This document shows positions 48,057 to 57,654 of a stretch of DNA of 64,000 nt, in pieces (position 1 is the stretch's first letter; each line of letters starts with the position of its first letter). The stretch lies in contig JAITVV010000006.1 in NCBI GenBank assembly GCA_031285625.1, forward strand, positions 36,963 to 100,962. The letters are read 5' to 3'. The translations under genes were made by a program, and so were the position numbers. The stretch comes from Prevotella sp. GTDB lineage: Bacteria > Bacteroidota > Bacteroidia > Bacteroidales > Dysgonomonadaceae. Below the pieces are notes generated by a model. It was not told where the DNA came from. It saw only the letters and a list, made by a program, of their open reading frames with translations, and made no database searches.

Positions 48057-48331
48057 TCGTATTTTCTTTATTGTCAATTGTTTATATACTATTAGAGTAG
48101 TGTTTGTGAAATGCTCTAATTGTTAAAATGCACCCTTGTGTATTTATCATGATTTAACTTCTATAAATAAATTATGGTATCTATTTACATTTGAATCGAA
48201 TCTAATATCAAACGACTGGAACTTGAATATTTAAAAAATAGCCTTATTATCTAATACAACTAAACCTATTTAAAAAACTGACTATTAAAAATTCTATTCT
48301 GTCGTTCATAGAAGATTTATTTAAAAGAGTT

Positions 48332-51300
48332 ATGTGTTTAAATAAAAAGCCAAGAACTATGAAAATCAAATCCAAAAAGACATTTGTTAAAAAGGATTCT
48401 GACTCCGTTTTACGAAGGAGTTTGCTATTCTTAACCTGCCTTTTACTAGTGAGCATAACAAATATTTATGCGCAAACAAAAACAATTACAGGTACAATTA
48501 CCGATTCTATGGATGAGCCTCTCATTGGAGTAACTGTTCAGGTAAAAGGAACAACCAATGGTACATTGACTGATATAGATGGTAAATACTCCATCTCAGT
48601 ACAAGATGGGAGTGTACTTGAATTTACTTTTATTGGGATGGCTGCTCAACAGGTTACTGTAGGTAGTCAGAGTGTAATAAATATTGTGATGCAAGATGAT
48701 GCAAAAATGCTTACAGAGACCATTGTTATTGGATATGGTAGTGCAAAGGCGAAGGACCTGACATCACCTATCGCAACAATACAAGGTGATGAAGTGAGTA
48801 AGCACTTGACAGCATCGCCAATGCAGGCAATGCAGGGTAAAATTCCCGGATTACAAATTATAAACACTGGGCAGCCGGGGAGTTCCCCAAAAGTTCGTAT
48901 CCGTGGGGTAGGAAACTATGATAACGATAAACAGGGACCATTGTACGTTGTTGATGGTATGTTTTTCGATAACATAGACTTCCTTAACAATAGTGATATT
49001 GAGAATCTGAGTATTCTGAAAGATGCATCTGCTGCTGCCATTTATGGTGTACGTGCTGCAAATGGAGTAATATTGGTTACAACCAAGAGAGGAGTGACAA
49101 ACAGGAGGCCTCAGATCACTTACGATGGTTATTTTGCAATACAGAAAGCATCTAATCTTGTCAAGATGGCTAATTCTGCACAGTATGCGACTGTAATGAA
49201 AGAAATTGGAAATACAGGTTCAATCGATCAGTCTATTGCAAAGTATGGAGGAAGCAACGGAATACCGGCTGTAAATACAGACTGGTACGACGAAATCTTG
49301 AGAACTGCGCCTATGCATAGCCACTCGATAAGTGTTAATGGAGGTGGTGAAAAAACTTCATATTCAGTTGGTATCAGTTATCTGAATCAAAAAGGTATTC
49401 TTGATACTGAAAATGGATATGAACGTTTGAATCTCAGATCGAAAGTAGATATAGGAATAACCGATTGGTTGAAGGTCGGGGGTAGTTTCATTGTTATGAA
49501 TAGCGATCAAAAACTATCTAATATGAGTGCTTTTGGTAATGCTTATACATCACCGTCTATTTATCCGGTTTACGATAAAAATGGTAAAGGAGGAGCACTT
49601 AACCCCAAAAACTATGTATCACCTGAAGAAGTTGGTCTGGGGCAATATTTTTGGAATCCGGTAGCTTTAGCAGATTATTGGAATGACAAAGTAGGGATGA
49701 CTCAGGTGTTGCCTGCATTGTATATGGAATTATCATTACTGGAGAGTAAACTGACATTCAGGACTTCATTTAATCAGGATCTGACTTTTCAGCGTAATCG
49801 CCAGTTCTTACCTCAATATGAGATTTCATCAAATCAACAAAGAGCAAAAAGCTTGTTGACTAAAGCAACAAAGTATACAAACAACTGGCTTATTGATAAT
49901 GTATTAACATATCGTGACTCATTTAACGATAGTCATAATCTGACAGTAATGGCTGGAACTTCGGTACGTAAAGAACATTGGGAAAGACTACGCTTACAGG
50001 GTGACGGAGTTCCCGGAGGAAGGGATGAATACTGGTATCTGCATAACAGTGATGGTATCATTTCACAGGCTGCAGACAAAGATACTTGGTATGATGACGG
50101 TGAAGAATACAGGGGAGCTTCATTCTTTGGTCGCGTGATGTATGACTATAAAGGAAGATATTTATTATCGGCAACAATGCGTGCTGACGGAACAAGTAAG
50201 TATCAGGAAAAATGGGGCTATTTCCCTTCCATAGGTTTGGGATGGGTACTTTCTGAAGAAAATTTCATGAAAAATCAAAGTGTTTTTGATTTCTTAAAGA
50301 TAAGAGGTAGTTGGGGATTATTAGGAAATGATAAGGTTCAGGCCAATGATGGTTTTGCTTCAATTACACAAGAAAATGGATATTTTAACGGACAGTTATA
50401 TCCCGGAACATCCAGCCTTTCTTTCTTCTCTTCTCTGAAATGGGAAAAAGTAGAAGAATGGGATTTTGGTTTGGATTTTGCCGTGTTGAATAACCGTTTG
50501 ACAGGAGAATTCGATTATTTCAAACGTACTACAAAAGATGCTGTATTCTTAAAACAGCTGCAATTGGGTGCAGGTTCATTATTAATGAACAACGGAGAGA
50601 TACAGAATTCAGGTATTGAATTATCTCTGAATTGGGAAGATCGTATTGGCAAAGACTTTACTTATAATATTGGTGTAAACATGTCGACCTTGAAAAACAA
50701 GGTTACAAAATTGGATGACCTCGACAGAATTATTACACAGGGAGACTATGCCCGGATAAGGCAAGTCGGAGAAGTCGTAGACGCATATTACGGTTATGTA
50801 ATGGATGGAATATACCAAAATCAGGCTGAAATAGATAATGACCCTACATTAGCCGATATAGCTAGCAAACCTGTTCCCGGAGATATTAAGTTCAAAGATC
50901 TGGATGGGGACGGAAAACTTACCGATCAGGATAGGGAAGCATTAGGCTCTCCGCTTCCTAAGTTCTTCCTGGGGGGTAATATCGGATTCACTTATAAGGC
51001 TTTCGATTTTGGCGCAACTTTCCAGGGACAGTTTGGACACAAGATTCTGAATCAGAAACGTTTCATGAGGCAAAAGCAATCGGACATCAACTTTGACGAA
51101 GATATTGTTAAAAACAGGTGGACAGGTGAAGGCTCTACAAACAAATATGTATCAGGAGCTGCTTTAGGACATACATGGACATACAGCAGATTTAATACAT
51201 TCTTTGTTGAAAATGCAAATACATTTACTATTCAGAATATTCAATTGGGATATACTTTCCAGAATATTTTCCCGAAGAGTGGAAACAAATCGAGTATGAG

Positions 51301-51436
51301 ATTAAGTTTCACAGCAGAACGTCCTTTCAACTTCTTCTCGTATAACGGATTTACGACAGATGTTGCTGATGGTATAGACAATGATGTATATCCATTGACA
51401 TCTACTTACAGTATTGGAGTAAGAATAACATACTAG
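48332..51436 (+). CDS. SusC/RagA TonB-dependent transporter (start may be 48359)
   Basis: DIENLSILKDASAAAIYGVRAANGV, RADGTSKY, terminal Y. Confidence 0.95.
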   Translation: MCLNKKPRTMKIKSKKTFVKKDSDSVLRRSLLFLTCLLLVSITNIYAQTKTITGTITDSMDEPLIGVTVQVKGTTNGTLTDIDGKYSISVQDGSVLEFTFIGMAAQQVTVGSQSVINIVMQDDAKMLTETIVIGYGSAKAKDLTSPIATIQGDEVSKHLTASPMQAMQGKIPGLQIINTGQPGSSPKVRIRGVGNYDNDKQGPLYVVDGMFFDNIDFLNNSDIENLSILKDASAAAIYGVRAANGVILVTTKRGVTNRRPQITYDGYFAIQKASNLVKMANSAQYATVMKEIGNTGSIDQSIAKYGGSNGIPAVNTDWYDEILRTAPMHSHSISVNGGGEKTSYSVGISYLNQKGILDTENGYERLNLRSKVDIGITDWLKVGGSFIVMNSDQKLSNMSAFGNAYTSPSIYPVYDKNGKGGALNPKNYVSPEEVGLGQYFWNPVALADYWNDKVGMTQVLPALYMELSLLESKLTFRTSFNQDLTFQRNRQFLPQYEISSNQQRAKSLLTKATKYTNNWLIDNVLTYRDSFNDSHNLTVMAGTSVRKEHWERLRLQGDGVPGGRDEYWYLHNSDGIISQAADKDTWYDDGEEYRGASFFGRVMYDYKGRYLLSATMRADGTSKYQEKWGYFPSIGLGWVLSEENFMKNQSVFDFLKIRGSWGLLGNDKVQANDGFASITQENGYFNGQLYPGTSSLSFFSSLKWEKVEEWDFGLDFAVLNNRLTGEFDYFKRTTKDAVFLKQLQLGAGSLLMNNGEIQNSGIELSLNWEDRIGKDFTYNIGVNMSTLKNKVTKLDDLDRIITQGDYARIRQVGEVVDAYYGYVMDGIYQNQAEIDNDPTLADIASKPVPGDIKFKDLDGDGKLTDQDREALGSPLPKFFLGGNIGFTYKAFDFGATFQGQFGHKILNQKRFMRQKQSDINFDEDIVKNRWTGEGSTNKYVSGAALGHTWTYSRFNTFFVENANTFTIQNIQLGYTFQNIFPKSGNKSSMRLSFTAERPFNFFSYNGFTTDVADGIDNDVYPLTSTYSIGVRITY

Positions 51437-51461
51437 TCTAACAAACCAAGATAATAAAATC

Positions 51462-52925
51462 ATGAAACTATATAAATATATTATTTTATCAACAGTACTA
51501 TTACTTAGTAGCTGTAATGACTTTCTGAATAAGGAACCTGAAAATTCAGTTCCTGTAGAAGATGTAGATTATACTCTGACTGAAAATATGGGACAACCTG
51601 TGATCGGAATTTATGCACGTGCCAGAAGCGGGGATGGTTTTAGTTTCTGGGGGCGGTTTGGACTAATGGCAATCAGAGGTGATGATACAGAAAAAGGATC
51701 GACACCATCAGACCAGGGTGAATTAAACTATGCAAAGAGTTTCGAATATAACCAGCTAGGTGGATATTGGGCTTTGAATGGCGCATGGACAGGACTGTAC
51801 AATATGGTACTTAATTGTAATTCTGCCTTGGTAGACCTGGCTAGTTATAATGAGCATTTGACAAGTGATTCGGACAAGAAACTAAACTTGCAGTATCAGG
51901 CAGAAGTACGTTTTATCAGAGCCTTTGCTTACTTCAATATTGTTCGTTTTTGGGGCGATGTATTATTAGTAACAGATAATTCTCAGGTATTGGAATCTCT
52001 TGACGTAACGCCTAGAGAAGAAATATACGGTTTCATTAATACTGAATTGGATTTTTGTGCAAATAACCTACCGGCATTGCGCCCTAACGAAATGCTTCTG
52101 AAAGGGCAGGTTACAAAATACACAGCATTAGCATTAAAAGCTAAAGCGAACGCTGATATAAATGAATGGGATGCCGTGTTGAATGCTACGAATGAAATTA
52201 TTACAAGCAATAAATTTGAACTTTACCCTGATTATTATGATTATTTCAAAAAGCCGGGATGCTTGTCTGACGAAAACTTATTTGAATTGCAATATGGTTT
52301 AGTAGGAGCTACAGATATAGAGTCGGATGCATGGTTCGAATATCAGGGCCCCCGCCAGGGTTTTGAAGGTACCAGAATTGGTACAGGCTGGGGATTTGCA
52401 GTCCCATCCAAGTCACTCGAAAAATTGTTTAATGACCGGGGTGAGACTGTACGTAAAGAAACATTATTCCTCTATGCTGGATCAACTACAAGAGAAGGTG
52501 ATGTCGTAAAACCTTCCGTTGCATCAGACGGACATGATAGAGTATTTAATGGAAAATGCTATATACCTAGTACTCAAATGCCTGAAGGTAAGACTAAGTA
52601 TGGATATGGAAATCATATTCGTATGATAAGATATGCTGATGTCCTTTTATTAAATGCTGAAGCTAAAGTACGTAAAGGACAAAATGGTGATGCCCCTTTC
52701 AATCTTGTAAGAACAAGAGCTAAAATGTCAACATTGACAAATGTAACATTGGATCAAGTTCTTGAAGAAAGACAGGTAGAGCTTGCATGTGAGTGGGGAG
52801 AACGTTTCTTTGACCTGGTTCGTACCGGCAAAGCTGAAGCAACACTACCCGGATTTAAAACTGGTACATCAGAATTTTATCCGATACCTCAAGCTCAAAA
52901 AGATTTGAACCCTAATCTACAATAA
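51462..52925 (+). CDS. SusD/RagB family lipoprotein
   Basis: Lipobox LSSC; AEVRFIRAFAY, IRYADVLLLNAEA, ERQVELACEWGERFFDL. Confidence 0.95.
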   Translation: MKLYKYIILSTVLLLSSCNDFLNKEPENSVPVEDVDYTLTENMGQPVIGIYARARSGDGFSFWGRFGLMAIRGDDTEKGSTPSDQGELNYAKSFEYNQLGGYWALNGAWTGLYNMVLNCNSALVDLASYNEHLTSDSDKKLNLQYQAEVRFIRAFAYFNIVRFWGDVLLVTDNSQVLESLDVTPREEIYGFINTELDFCANNLPALRPNEMLLKGQVTKYTALALKAKANADINEWDAVLNATNEIITSNKFELYPDYYDYFKKPGCLSDENLFELQYGLVGATDIESDAWFEYQGPRQGFEGTRIGTGWGFAVPSKSLEKLFNDRGETVRKETLFLYAGSTTREGDVVKPSVASDGHDRVFNGKCYIPSTQMPEGKTKYGYGNHIRMIRYADVLLLNAEAKVRKGQNGDAPFNLVRTRAKMSTLTNVTLDQVLEERQVELACEWGERFFDLVRTGKAEATLPGFKTGTSEFYPIPQAQKDLNPNLQ

Positions 52926-52938
52926 TTTAGTTTATATT

Positions 52939-52990
52939 TTTCCTTATATCTGGTGTCTGCTTCTTATTACAGGCACCAGATTCTAAGGAA
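52939..52990 (+). terminator. Long stem-loop after susD4
   Basis: TTCCTTATATCTGGTGTCTG...CAGGCACCAGATTCTAAGGAA imperfect inverted repeat. Confidence 0.6.
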
Positions 52991-53056
52991 CTAATTATTC
53001 CGTTAAATAGTTCTGCCAATTAAGTAAAAGAAAATATTTAATGAACGTTCTAAGTA

Positions 53057-53094
53057 GCGAGAGCAGAAGCAAAGCAAGCTTTGATTATGCCGAG
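53057..53094. repeat. Possible Bacteroidales intergenic palindromic element
   Basis: GCGAGAGCAGAAGCAAAGCAAGCTTTGATTATGCCGAG with internal CAAAGC/GCTTTG stem; single copy in the window, recognised from memory only. Confidence 0.35.
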
Positions 53095-53182
53095 TCATGA
53101 AGAACGACTAATATAATTGAAACATTATTCAATCATAACATCCTATTGCTGTTATAGATCTGAAAGTTAATTCCTTCCCCTT

Positions 53183-55348
53183 ATGAAAAAGCTGTTAATT
53201 CTTATATTTATCTTAGTCTCTCTGCAATCTAAAGCACAGGAACCTCAATATGATCATGTATTCTTTGACAATAGCCTGATGACAGGTCGTTATTACTACA
53301 GTAAGGCGGATTATACATCACCAAGCTACATTCAAAATGTGGAAAATAAACTGCTTGTTTCAGAGAAGGAATTCTTCACTGCTAAAAATTCAATACTATT
53401 TAATTATGTTTCCGCATCTGGTGGAAATTGGTCTGCCTCTGTTCTCTATCGGGACTGGCGGGGAAAAGACTTTATAAAAGAAGGAAAATCATTAGACTTC
53501 AAATTACTAATCAAATCTGATACCAAAGCAGAAGAATTACCGCTTGTAGCTATTGGTACAGTTGAAAAAAAGGAATCAAAGGCATCCTCTTTTGTCGATA
53601 TAAAAAAATATGTCGGTAAACCTGAACAAAATAAGTGGATATCGGTAAGCATACCGCTTTCCGAGTTTAAGGATATAAATTACACACATACTAAAGAAAT
53701 AAAAGAAGTTCTTTTCAAACAAAATTCACAGGATGGAAAAGAGCATACTCTATATATAGATCAAATCGAGTTTTCTCCGGTTAATAAACCTGCAAGTATT
53801 ACATCTGTTCCGGCAATAAAAGCAAAAGCCTATGAGCGTCATGTAGATCTATTGTGGGATAAGACCGGATTTGAGAATGCCAAGTATATAAAAATATACC
53901 GTTCTTCTGATGGCAAAGACTTTCAAACAGTAGGCATACAGGACCCGTTTGCTACCCGGTATGCAGATTATAGCGGTCAGCCAAACAAAACATTCCAATA
54001 TCGTATTACTTGTGTAAACTATGATTATTCTGAGACTCAACCATCTAATGTAGTAGAAGTTACTACCCATAATATGACTGACGAAGAACTGCTGACTATG
54101 GTGCAGGAAACAGCGTTCAGATACTTCTGGGATGGTGCAGAACCTGAATCGGGATTAGGCTTGGAAAATATTCCGGGACGAAGGAATATGATCGCAACAG
54201 GTGCATCGGGTTTTGGAATGATGGGTATGATAGCCGGAGCCGAAAGAGGTTTCATTACCAGAAAAGAGGCTGTGGAACGATTTAAAAAGATAGTGACTTT
54301 CCTGGATAAAGCGGATACTTTTCATGGAGGTTATGCTCATTTCATAGATGGAACGACCGGTAAAGTAGAACCGTTTTTCGGTAAGCGTGACAACGGAGCC
54401 GATATGGTGGAAACTTCATTCCTGTTTCAGGGATTGCTTACTGCACGCCAATATTTTGATAAGGATAATGAAGATGAGAAATTTATACGCGATACGATTA
54501 CCAAACTTTGGGAAAACATAGATTGGCGATGGTTTAAGAAGACCGAAGATAGTAAATATCTGTATTGGCACTGGTCTCCCGACCAGGAATGGGTTATCAA
54601 CCACAAGCTTATAGGATGGAACAAAACCATGATTACCTATTTGCTTGCAATTGCATCTCCTACACATGGTGTGAGTCCTGATATGTATTATTCAGGCTGG
54701 GCAAGCCAGGAACAAGAGGCTTATGATTATCGTGCTGACTGGGGGCAAACTACAGATGGAGCAAATTACTACAATGGAAATACATACTACGGAGTGAAGC
54801 TTGATGTAGGTGTGAATACTGGAGGGCCTATTTTCTTTACCCACTTCTCTTTCTTCGGATTTGACCCAAGAGGGCTTAAAGACAAATATACAAGTAAGGA
54901 TTATTTCGATAATTTACGGAATATTGCCCTTATCAGCTATAGGTATTCTATCGAGAACCCGAATAAACGTCTTGGCTTTGGCCCTGGTTGTTGGGGGCTT
55001 ACAGCCAGTGAAAGCCCTTGGGGGTATGGAGCCGCCGAAGCGATGGCACATCACGAGTATGGTACGATGTCTCCGGCCGGCGCTATTGCATCCATAGTGT
55101 ATCTTCCGGAGGAATCGATGGATGCATTGAAAAATTATTACCGTAATTTTGGCTCATTCCTTTGGGGTGAATATGGTTTTCGGGATGCTTTCAATCTGGA
55201 TATAAACTGGTGTTCGAATATTTATATGGGACTAAGCCAGGGTTCAATAGCAACCATGATTGAAAATCATCGCACAGGTCTTATCTGGAAACTGTTTATG
55301 AAAGATCCGGATATTCAAAAAATGAAAAGCAAAGTATTTTTAAAATAA
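53183..55348 (+). CDS. GH144 beta-1,2-glucan-active enzyme with extra N-terminal beta-sandwich/Fn3-like domains
   Basis: FRYFWDGAEP.SG, ATGASGFG, NGADMVETSF, LYWHWSP, GEYGFRDAFN, MIENHRTG; conserved GWNE reads GWNK. Confidence 0.85.
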   Translation: MKKLLILIFILVSLQSKAQEPQYDHVFFDNSLMTGRYYYSKADYTSPSYIQNVENKLLVSEKEFFTAKNSILFNYVSASGGNWSASVLYRDWRGKDFIKEGKSLDFKLLIKSDTKAEELPLVAIGTVEKKESKASSFVDIKKYVGKPEQNKWISVSIPLSEFKDINYTHTKEIKEVLFKQNSQDGKEHTLYIDQIEFSPVNKPASITSVPAIKAKAYERHVDLLWDKTGFENAKYIKIYRSSDGKDFQTVGIQDPFATRYADYSGQPNKTFQYRITCVNYDYSETQPSNVVEVTTHNMTDEELLTMVQETAFRYFWDGAEPESGLGLENIPGRRNMIATGASGFGMMGMIAGAERGFITRKEAVERFKKIVTFLDKADTFHGGYAHFIDGTTGKVEPFFGKRDNGADMVETSFLFQGLLTARQYFDKDNEDEKFIRDTITKLWENIDWRWFKKTEDSKYLYWHWSPDQEWVINHKLIGWNKTMITYLLAIASPTHGVSPDMYYSGWASQEQEAYDYRADWGQTTDGANYYNGNTYYGVKLDVGVNTGGPIFFTHFSFFGFDPRGLKDKYTSKDYFDNLRNIALISYRYSIENPNKRLGFGPGCWGLTASESPWGYGAAEAMAHHEYGTMSPAGAIASIVYLPEESMDALKNYYRNFGSFLWGEYGFRDAFNLDINWCSNIYMGLSQGSIATMIENHRTGLIWKLFMKDPDIQKMKSKVFLK

Positions 55349-55355
55349 GCTTGAG

Positions 55356-57632
55356 ATGAAACTGAACTGGATTACATCTTTGACATTCCTGTGCTTTATT
55401 CTGTTCACAGGATGTACAAATACAACTTCCGAAAATGCTGAGATGGATAAGTTTATAAATGACCTCCTTGACCGTATGACCCTGGAAGAAAAAATAGGGC
55501 AAACTGTACTGTATACCAGCGGTTATGATGTAATAACTGGGCCTACTGTAGATCCGGACTACAAAGAATACCTCAAAAAAGGAATGGTCGGTGGAATTTT
55601 TAATGCAGTGGGAGCTGATTATACCCGTAGCCTGCAAAAAATAGCAGTTGAAGAGACCCGGCTTGGAATTCCTTTGATTTTTGGCTATGATGTAATCCAT
55701 GGGCAACGGACTATATTTCCAATACCTCTTGGCGAATCATGTAGCTGGGATTTGGAGGCTATGGAACGTTCTGCCAAGATAGCAGCATCGGAAGCAACAG
55801 CAGAAGGAGTCAACTGGATTTATGCGCCTATGGTAGATATATCCCGCGATCCACGCTGGGGACGTGTGGCAGAAGGTGCCGGAGAAGATGTGTATCTGGG
55901 TTCTCTGATTGCCGCTGCACGTGTAAAAGGCTTTCAGGGGAATAGTCTTAGCGATAATAATACAGTAGTTGCCTGTGTGAAGCATTATGCTGCATATGGG
56001 GCAACAATGGCAGGACGCGATTACAATACTGTGGATATGTCTCTCAATGAATTGTGGAATACGTACCTACCACCATTCAAAGCATCTCTTGATGCAGGGT
56101 GTGGAACAATAATGACCTCGTTCAACGATCTGAATGGAATACCTGCTACAGGAAACAAGTACCTTTTGAAAGATATTCTTCGCGAAAAATGGAATTTCAA
56201 CGGATTTGTAGTTACCGATTATACCTCTATAAATGAAATGATTCCACATGGCTATGCCAGGGATGAAAAACATTCTGCCGAAATAGCGATGAACGCAGGC
56301 GTAGATATGGATATGCAGGGTGGAGTATATATGAACCATCTGAAAACGCTTATTGAGGAAGGAAAAGTATCTGAAAAAGATGTGACTGATGCTGCCCGTG
56401 CTGTGTTGAAGATAAAATACAAACTGGGATTATTCGAAGATCCTTACAAATATTGCGATGCTAAAAGAGAAAAGACTGATATACTGACTGCGGAAAATAA
56501 AGAAGCCGCACGTGATATGGCTCGTAAATCGATGGTATTATTAAAAAATGATAAACAGACTTTACCTTTAAAAGAAGATAAACGCATCGCTCTGATAGGA
56601 CCATTGGCTAAAGACCAATATGAAATACTAGGTTGTTGGTCTGCAATGGGTGACCGTGATACTGTTCCGGTAAGTGTATATGAAGGACTGGTAGATGCTT
56701 TAGGTGATAATCGTATCTCATATGCCAAAGGCTGCGATATACAGAGTGATGATACCAGCGGATTTGATGAAGCTGTCAGAGTAGCTTCAAATGCAGATTT
56801 TGTTGTTATGGTAATGGGCGAATTTCATAATATGTCGGGTGAGAATAACTCCCGTACCAATCTATCTCTTCCTGGTGTACAGCTTGATCTGCTGAAGGCA
56901 ATAAAGAAGACGGGGAAACCTGTGGCTCTTGTCTTAATGAACGGACGCCCTTTGACTATAAACTGGGAGAAAGAAAATATGGATGCAATACTCGAAGCGT
57001 GGTTTCCCGGTACAATGGGTGGGGCTGCTATTGCCGATGTGTTGACCGGAAAGTATAATCCAAGTGGAAAGCTTACAATGACGTTTCCTCAGAATGTGGG
57101 GCAGATTCCGTTGTTCTATAACCACAAAAATACCGGACGTCCTTTCGACCCAAACGATCCTCAGTTTGCATATGGTTCAAAGTATTGGGATGTGTCAAAC
57201 GAGCCACTTTATCCTTTTGGTTATGGGCTGAGTTATACAACATTTACTTATTCCGATCTTACATTGTCCTCAAAAGAGATGACAAAAGATAATCCTCTCA
57301 AGATAAATATCAAACTTGTGAATGGTGGAAAATATGATGGAGAAGAGATCGTCCAATTATATATCAGGGATCTGGTAGGTAGTGTCACCAGACCGGTGAA
57401 AGAACTCAAAGGGTTTAAAAAGGTATTCCTAAAAGCCGGAGACTCAGAAAACATTGAATTTATCCTGACTGTGGACGATCTCAGATTCTATGATGCCGAT
57501 TTGAATTATATATACGAGCCTGGAGATTTCCATTTGTTTGTGGGTGGTAATTCGGATACAAAAATTAAAGCAGACTTTACCTTAAACGAATCCGGTCGTT
57601 CTGAAAAACCGAAACCAATAAAAATAAAATAA
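55356..57632 (+). CDS. GH3 beta-glucosidase lipoprotein
   Basis: Lipobox FTGC; DVIHG, RDPRWGR, KHY, VVTDYT, SGENNSR. Confidence 0.92.
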   Translation: MKLNWITSLTFLCFILFTGCTNTTSENAEMDKFINDLLDRMTLEEKIGQTVLYTSGYDVITGPTVDPDYKEYLKKGMVGGIFNAVGADYTRSLQKIAVEETRLGIPLIFGYDVIHGQRTIFPIPLGESCSWDLEAMERSAKIAASEATAEGVNWIYAPMVDISRDPRWGRVAEGAGEDVYLGSLIAAARVKGFQGNSLSDNNTVVACVKHYAAYGATMAGRDYNTVDMSLNELWNTYLPPFKASLDAGCGTIMTSFNDLNGIPATGNKYLLKDILREKWNFNGFVVTDYTSINEMIPHGYARDEKHSAEIAMNAGVDMDMQGGVYMNHLKTLIEEGKVSEKDVTDAARAVLKIKYKLGLFEDPYKYCDAKREKTDILTAENKEAARDMARKSMVLLKNDKQTLPLKEDKRIALIGPLAKDQYEILGCWSAMGDRDTVPVSVYEGLVDALGDNRISYAKGCDIQSDDTSGFDEAVRVASNADFVVMVMGEFHNMSGENNSRTNLSLPGVQLDLLKAIKKTGKPVALVLMNGRPLTINWEKENMDAILEAWFPGTMGGAAIADVLTGKYNPSGKLTMTFPQNVGQIPLFYNHKNTGRPFDPNDPQFAYGSKYWDVSNEPLYPFGYGLSYTTFTYSDLTLSSKEMTKDNPLKINIKLVNGGKYDGEEIVQLYIRDLVGSVTRPVKELKGFKKVFLKAGDSENIEFILTVDDLRFYDADLNYIYEPGDFHLFVGGNSDTKIKADFTLNESGRSEKPKPIKIK

Positions 57633-57654
57633 CTATTACTAATAAGACAAGAAC

